This document shows positions 38,047-38,309 of a stretch of 38,309 nt of DNA, piece after piece (position 1 is the first letter of the stretch; each line of letters starts with the position of its first letter). The stretch comes from an uncultured Janthinobacterium sp. GTDB taxonomy: Bacteria; Vulcanimicrobiota; Vulcanimicrobiia; Vulcanimicrobiales; Vulcanimicrobiaceae. A program made the position numbers and the translations under genes. The notes beneath the pieces are model-generated. The model saw nothing but the letters and a program-made list of their open reading frames with translations. It was not told where the DNA came from and searched no databases. The DNA lies in contig CAZZXB010000010.1 of NCBI GenBank assembly GCA_964658025.1, forward strand, positions 1-38,309. Reading direction: 5' to 3'.

Positions 38047-38305
38047 GGCGACGCCGGAGGGGGCTGCGCGAGTTCCGCGGGGACGTTTGCGGTTGCCGGT
38101 GGCGACGCCGGAGCGGGCTGCGCGGGTTCCGCGGGGACGTTTGCGATTGCCGGTGGCGACGCCGGAGCGGCCTGCGCGGGTTCCGCGGGGACGTTCGCGG
38201 TTCCCCATCCATGGGGAACCGCTGGCTTAGCATTTTTCGCTCCCGCGCCTCCGGCGCTCCGCGAAAAACTGCATACCCCGCGGAACCCGCGCAGGCCGCT
38301 CCGGC
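38047..38305. repeat. Three 54-bp-period tandem repeats, the last forming the left arm of a 30-bp perfect inverted repeat (REP/MITE-like element)
   Basis: Units start at 38047, 38101, 38155 (GGCGACGCCGGAG..GCTGCGCG.GTTCCGCGGGGACGTT.GCG.TT); 38161-38190 is the exact reverse complement of 38276-38305; two internal hairpins. Confidence 0.9.
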
Positions 38306-38309
38306 TGCG

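Noticed and set aside
38047..38208. CRISPR array
   Set aside because: The whole 54-bp unit is repeated; there are no unique spacers and no cas genes in the window.

Overview
High-GC bacterial chromosomal window of mostly housekeeping genes. Gene content (heptose/LPS genes, b and b' ATP synthase subunits, Firmicutes-like glyA-upp-wecB-atp synteny, CGATCG-rich DNA) suggests a diderm Terrabacterium such as Candidatus Eremiobacterota; this is inference only. Left to right: (1) a partial minus-strand membrane protein; (2) a largely translationally coupled plus-strand run hisS-accB-gmhA-gmhB-rfaE1-rfaE2-lpxB-like-GT2-GT9-GT9-outer membrane protein-GT2-GT9-GT2-aspS-lipoprotein; (3) a minus-strand operon of dipeptide epimerase, DUF1611, peptide-binding lipoprotein, C39-like peptidase, trmL, family-5 UDG and DUF1697; (4) photolyase; (5) an orphan TPR-like protein followed by a 59-aa putatively secreted peptide, divergent from a PAS-GGDEF-EAL gene; (6) a 6S RNA; (7) a TIM-barrel gene; (8) glyA, a secreted protein, upp, dCMP deaminase, MraY/WecA-family transferase and wecB; (9) atpI-B-E-F'-F-H-A, followed by a tandem plus inverted repeat element. 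The most notable candidates are the TPR-peptide pair (possible peptide signalling system), the epimerase/DUF1611/C39 operon (possible variant murein-peptide recycling route), an apparent ATC start codon for gmhB, and structured non-coding elements inside the atp operon. All calls come from motif recognition by eye; no database searches were run.
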